A stretch of 64,000 nt of DNA, from positions 515,950 through 579,949 of the forward strand of contig NIVC01000102.1 of the NCBI GenBank assembly GCA_002269645.1, read 5' to 3'. The translations under genes were made by a program, and so were the position numbers. Below are positions 61,992 to 64,000 of the stretch, piece by piece. The stretch comes from Macrostomum lignano. Taxonomy: Eukaryota. Numbering within the stretch: position 1 is the first letter of the stretch; each line of letters opens with the position of its first letter. The notes under the pieces were generated by a model. The model searched no databases and had not been told where the DNA came from. It saw only the letters and a program-made list of their open reading frames with translations.

Positions 61992-62330
61992 GAGGCAGAA
62001 GTGCGAGTCAGAGAGCGGTCTGGTCATCATGGCCGACGTGACCAGTGAGCAGGAGATGAGCCATGTGGACTCGATCTACTCGAACTACAGCTCTGGACAG
62101 TCGATCTGGCTCGGAGGCCTCCAGCCAGCAGGCAGTGCGGAGCCTCTGGGCGGCTGGTATTGGGTCAACTGCAACACCACCGTTGACCCAACTCTGTGGA
62201 ATGCTCATCAACTAAATGCTGCTCTGGAGAATGTGATTGCAAGGTACTGAAAGGATGCCGGACTCTCTGACCTGCACGAATCTTTTGCAAGCGAGACAGT
62301 GCTGTGCGAGTGCGTCTCTCCGTTCAACTG
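61992..62330 (+). pseudogene. 5'-truncated C-type lectin pseudogene
   Basis: Paralogous CTLD with an in-frame TGA (ARY*KD; the 59480 copy reads AKYWKE). Confidence 0.85.
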
Positions 62331-63242
62331 ATTGCAGAGAATTGACAACTGGTTGAAAGAATCTAAGCAGCTTTTTAGGATTTGACAGAGCTGTGTACCG
62401 TTTAGTGTGTACTGCTGTGTGATGTGAAGCATAATGGCTACTGTTTTTTTTCCGGTAAACATGCAGAACTTTTTTCATGATCGTGAAGTTGCTCAGTTGC
62501 AGGCCCAGGCCCGTAGGGGACCGTGTTCGTATTTGTCGAATGGCTGTCGCACTTATAGAAACGCTCATAGTATGCTCTCGAGAGATGTGGGTTTTTCTAG
62601 TTGCGAGTAAGAATTTTAATATATTAAGCAGCTACATGTGCAATGTCCAATATGCAATTACGTTATTCCTATTTGTTTACTTCTTGGATAAGAAGCCACT
62701 TGAAAACCATTAATTTTCGGAAGTCCCGCGCTATCAAATGAATTGCACTAAGAATCAATATGACTTGGCGATATTGTCCCTTAACCCCAGTACCGAAGCA
62801 ATTCTGCCCACGCTAACTGTACACAGGGTGTACAGCGGCCCTAAGTTTCTAAACGTCAGGCATGTGTACACTTTCTGTGCCTTGGGGGTGTTGGCCCTCA
62901 TGGCTGTGAACTTTCCTGCACACGAGCCCCAAATGAACTGCCGAACCAGCTGCATGGAGTCGTGGCGCGAGGGTCAGACGCTTGCACCGTTGAACTGCTC
63001 TCTGGTCCCGGATGAAATGACTCAGTTAGTGTCAGATATGCACACAGATCGCATGCAGCTGCTATAATTCAAGCTTCTTTAATGTACTACATGTCTAAAT
63101 AGTACGAAAAGGTGAAATTAAATAAATAAATAAATTATTTGTTGAAAGCCATCATTCTGGCGAAGGCTTCACTTGTCATCAAATGAGTGACTGCATACGC
63201 ACTTTACTCTGATAGCCATGGCAAATGTACTTTGCTTGAGAT

Positions 63243-63556
63243 TGTATAGTCTAGTGGTCAGAGCGTCGGACTTACGACTTGAAGGTCGGGGGTTCGATTC
63301 TCGATCCATTTAGGAACAACTTGTGTCCTTGAGCAAAACATTAAACTCTGCATTGCTTCAGTTCACCAAGCTGTAAAATGGGTGCCAGTATTAGCTGGGG
63401 TAATTGAGGGTGTTGTGTGTGGCCATCCCCCCCCAGTCCTTGGACTGAACAGCCTTACGCAGCCTTCAGATGCTTCGCACATAGCTGCGGCTGAGCTGTC
63501 GATTGCACATCTGGCCATTAGGGCAGGTATACTCAATTACTATTATTATTATTATT
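63243..63556 (+). mobile_element. tRNA-derived CORE-type SINE with (ATT)n tail
   Basis: A box tagtctagtgg, B box ggttcgattc, core tgtgtccttgagcaaaacattaaac...ctgtaaaatggg, 3' region shared with the 57590 copy, and an ATT tail. Confidence 0.8.
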
Positions 63557-63969
63557 GAGATAGGATTGGCAAAAAAACAGAATATAAAAGTCGTTTGTAA
63601 AATGCTAACTTGAATCGATTTTTCGTCTACATGCAGCTGCAGCTCATGTTGTCGCCTTTCAAACCTTAGCGGAGCTCAAATCTCCTTTACTTCTCCCAAA
63701 TCCAGCTTTATGAATACAAATTATCTTCTAACGCTTTTGTTTTTTTCCCAAAATAGAAAGGACTCAGATGTGTGTGCAATCCAGTAGCCCTTAGGCAAAA
63801 ATGGATACCAAATTAACCCTGTCAGATAAGAAATCCAACAACCATTATGTTTAAAGACAGAATTTCCAGTCAGAGAAAGACAGAGAAAGAATTATGACCT
63901 TTATCTCGAAGGAATGAAACAGGGGGAGGGATTCTTTGCTGGAGCAAAAACCTGAGAATCGGATGTTAT

Positions 63970-64000
63970 ACGCTCCAGGAGAGGCGCTGTGTCCGTCTGG
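63970..64000 (+). pseudogene. Start of a fourth lectin paralog running off the window
   Basis: gctccaggagaggcgctgtgtccgtctgg fuses 61151-61162 to 61204-61220 of the intact gene. Upstream 63600-63900 resembles 60440-60720. Confidence 0.55.

Noticed and set aside
63243-63315. Possible tRNA gene
   Set aside because: A and B boxes are present but no full cloverleaf or acceptor stem forms. It continues into a CORE domain and ATT tail, so it is a SINE head.

Overview
This is eukaryotic (animal) genomic DNA. It has GT-AG introns and about 20 minisatellite arrays. The style resembles a repeat-rich invertebrate such as a free-living flatworm (Macrostomum-like), but that assignment is inference only. 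No prokaryotic features, CRISPR arrays or rRNA genes were seen. From left to right the window holds: an apparently intact two-gene EnSpm/CACTA-type DNA transposon; an RRM (hnRNP A/B-Musashi type) gene fragment split by a very young, intact Ty3/Gypsy element (identical 141-bp LTRs, GAGCT TSD); a predicted four-exon minus-strand gene fusing about 29 ankyrin-like 33-aa repeats to a Mab-21/cGAS-like (cGLR) nucleotidyltransferase; two decayed Gypsy elements; nested MITEs; a two-exon thymidylate synthase gene with an hAT remnant in its intron; a small LIM-like Zn-finger gene; CORE-type SINEs; and a tandem PAN/C-type lectin cluster with one intact copy. The best candidate for an undescribed system is the ankyrin-cGLR gene. 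Its 99-bp repeats have a near-invariant scaffold, a short hypervariable patch at DARPin-like positions, and signs of block shuffling, which suggests a recombinationally diversifying sensor wired to a second-messenger synthase.
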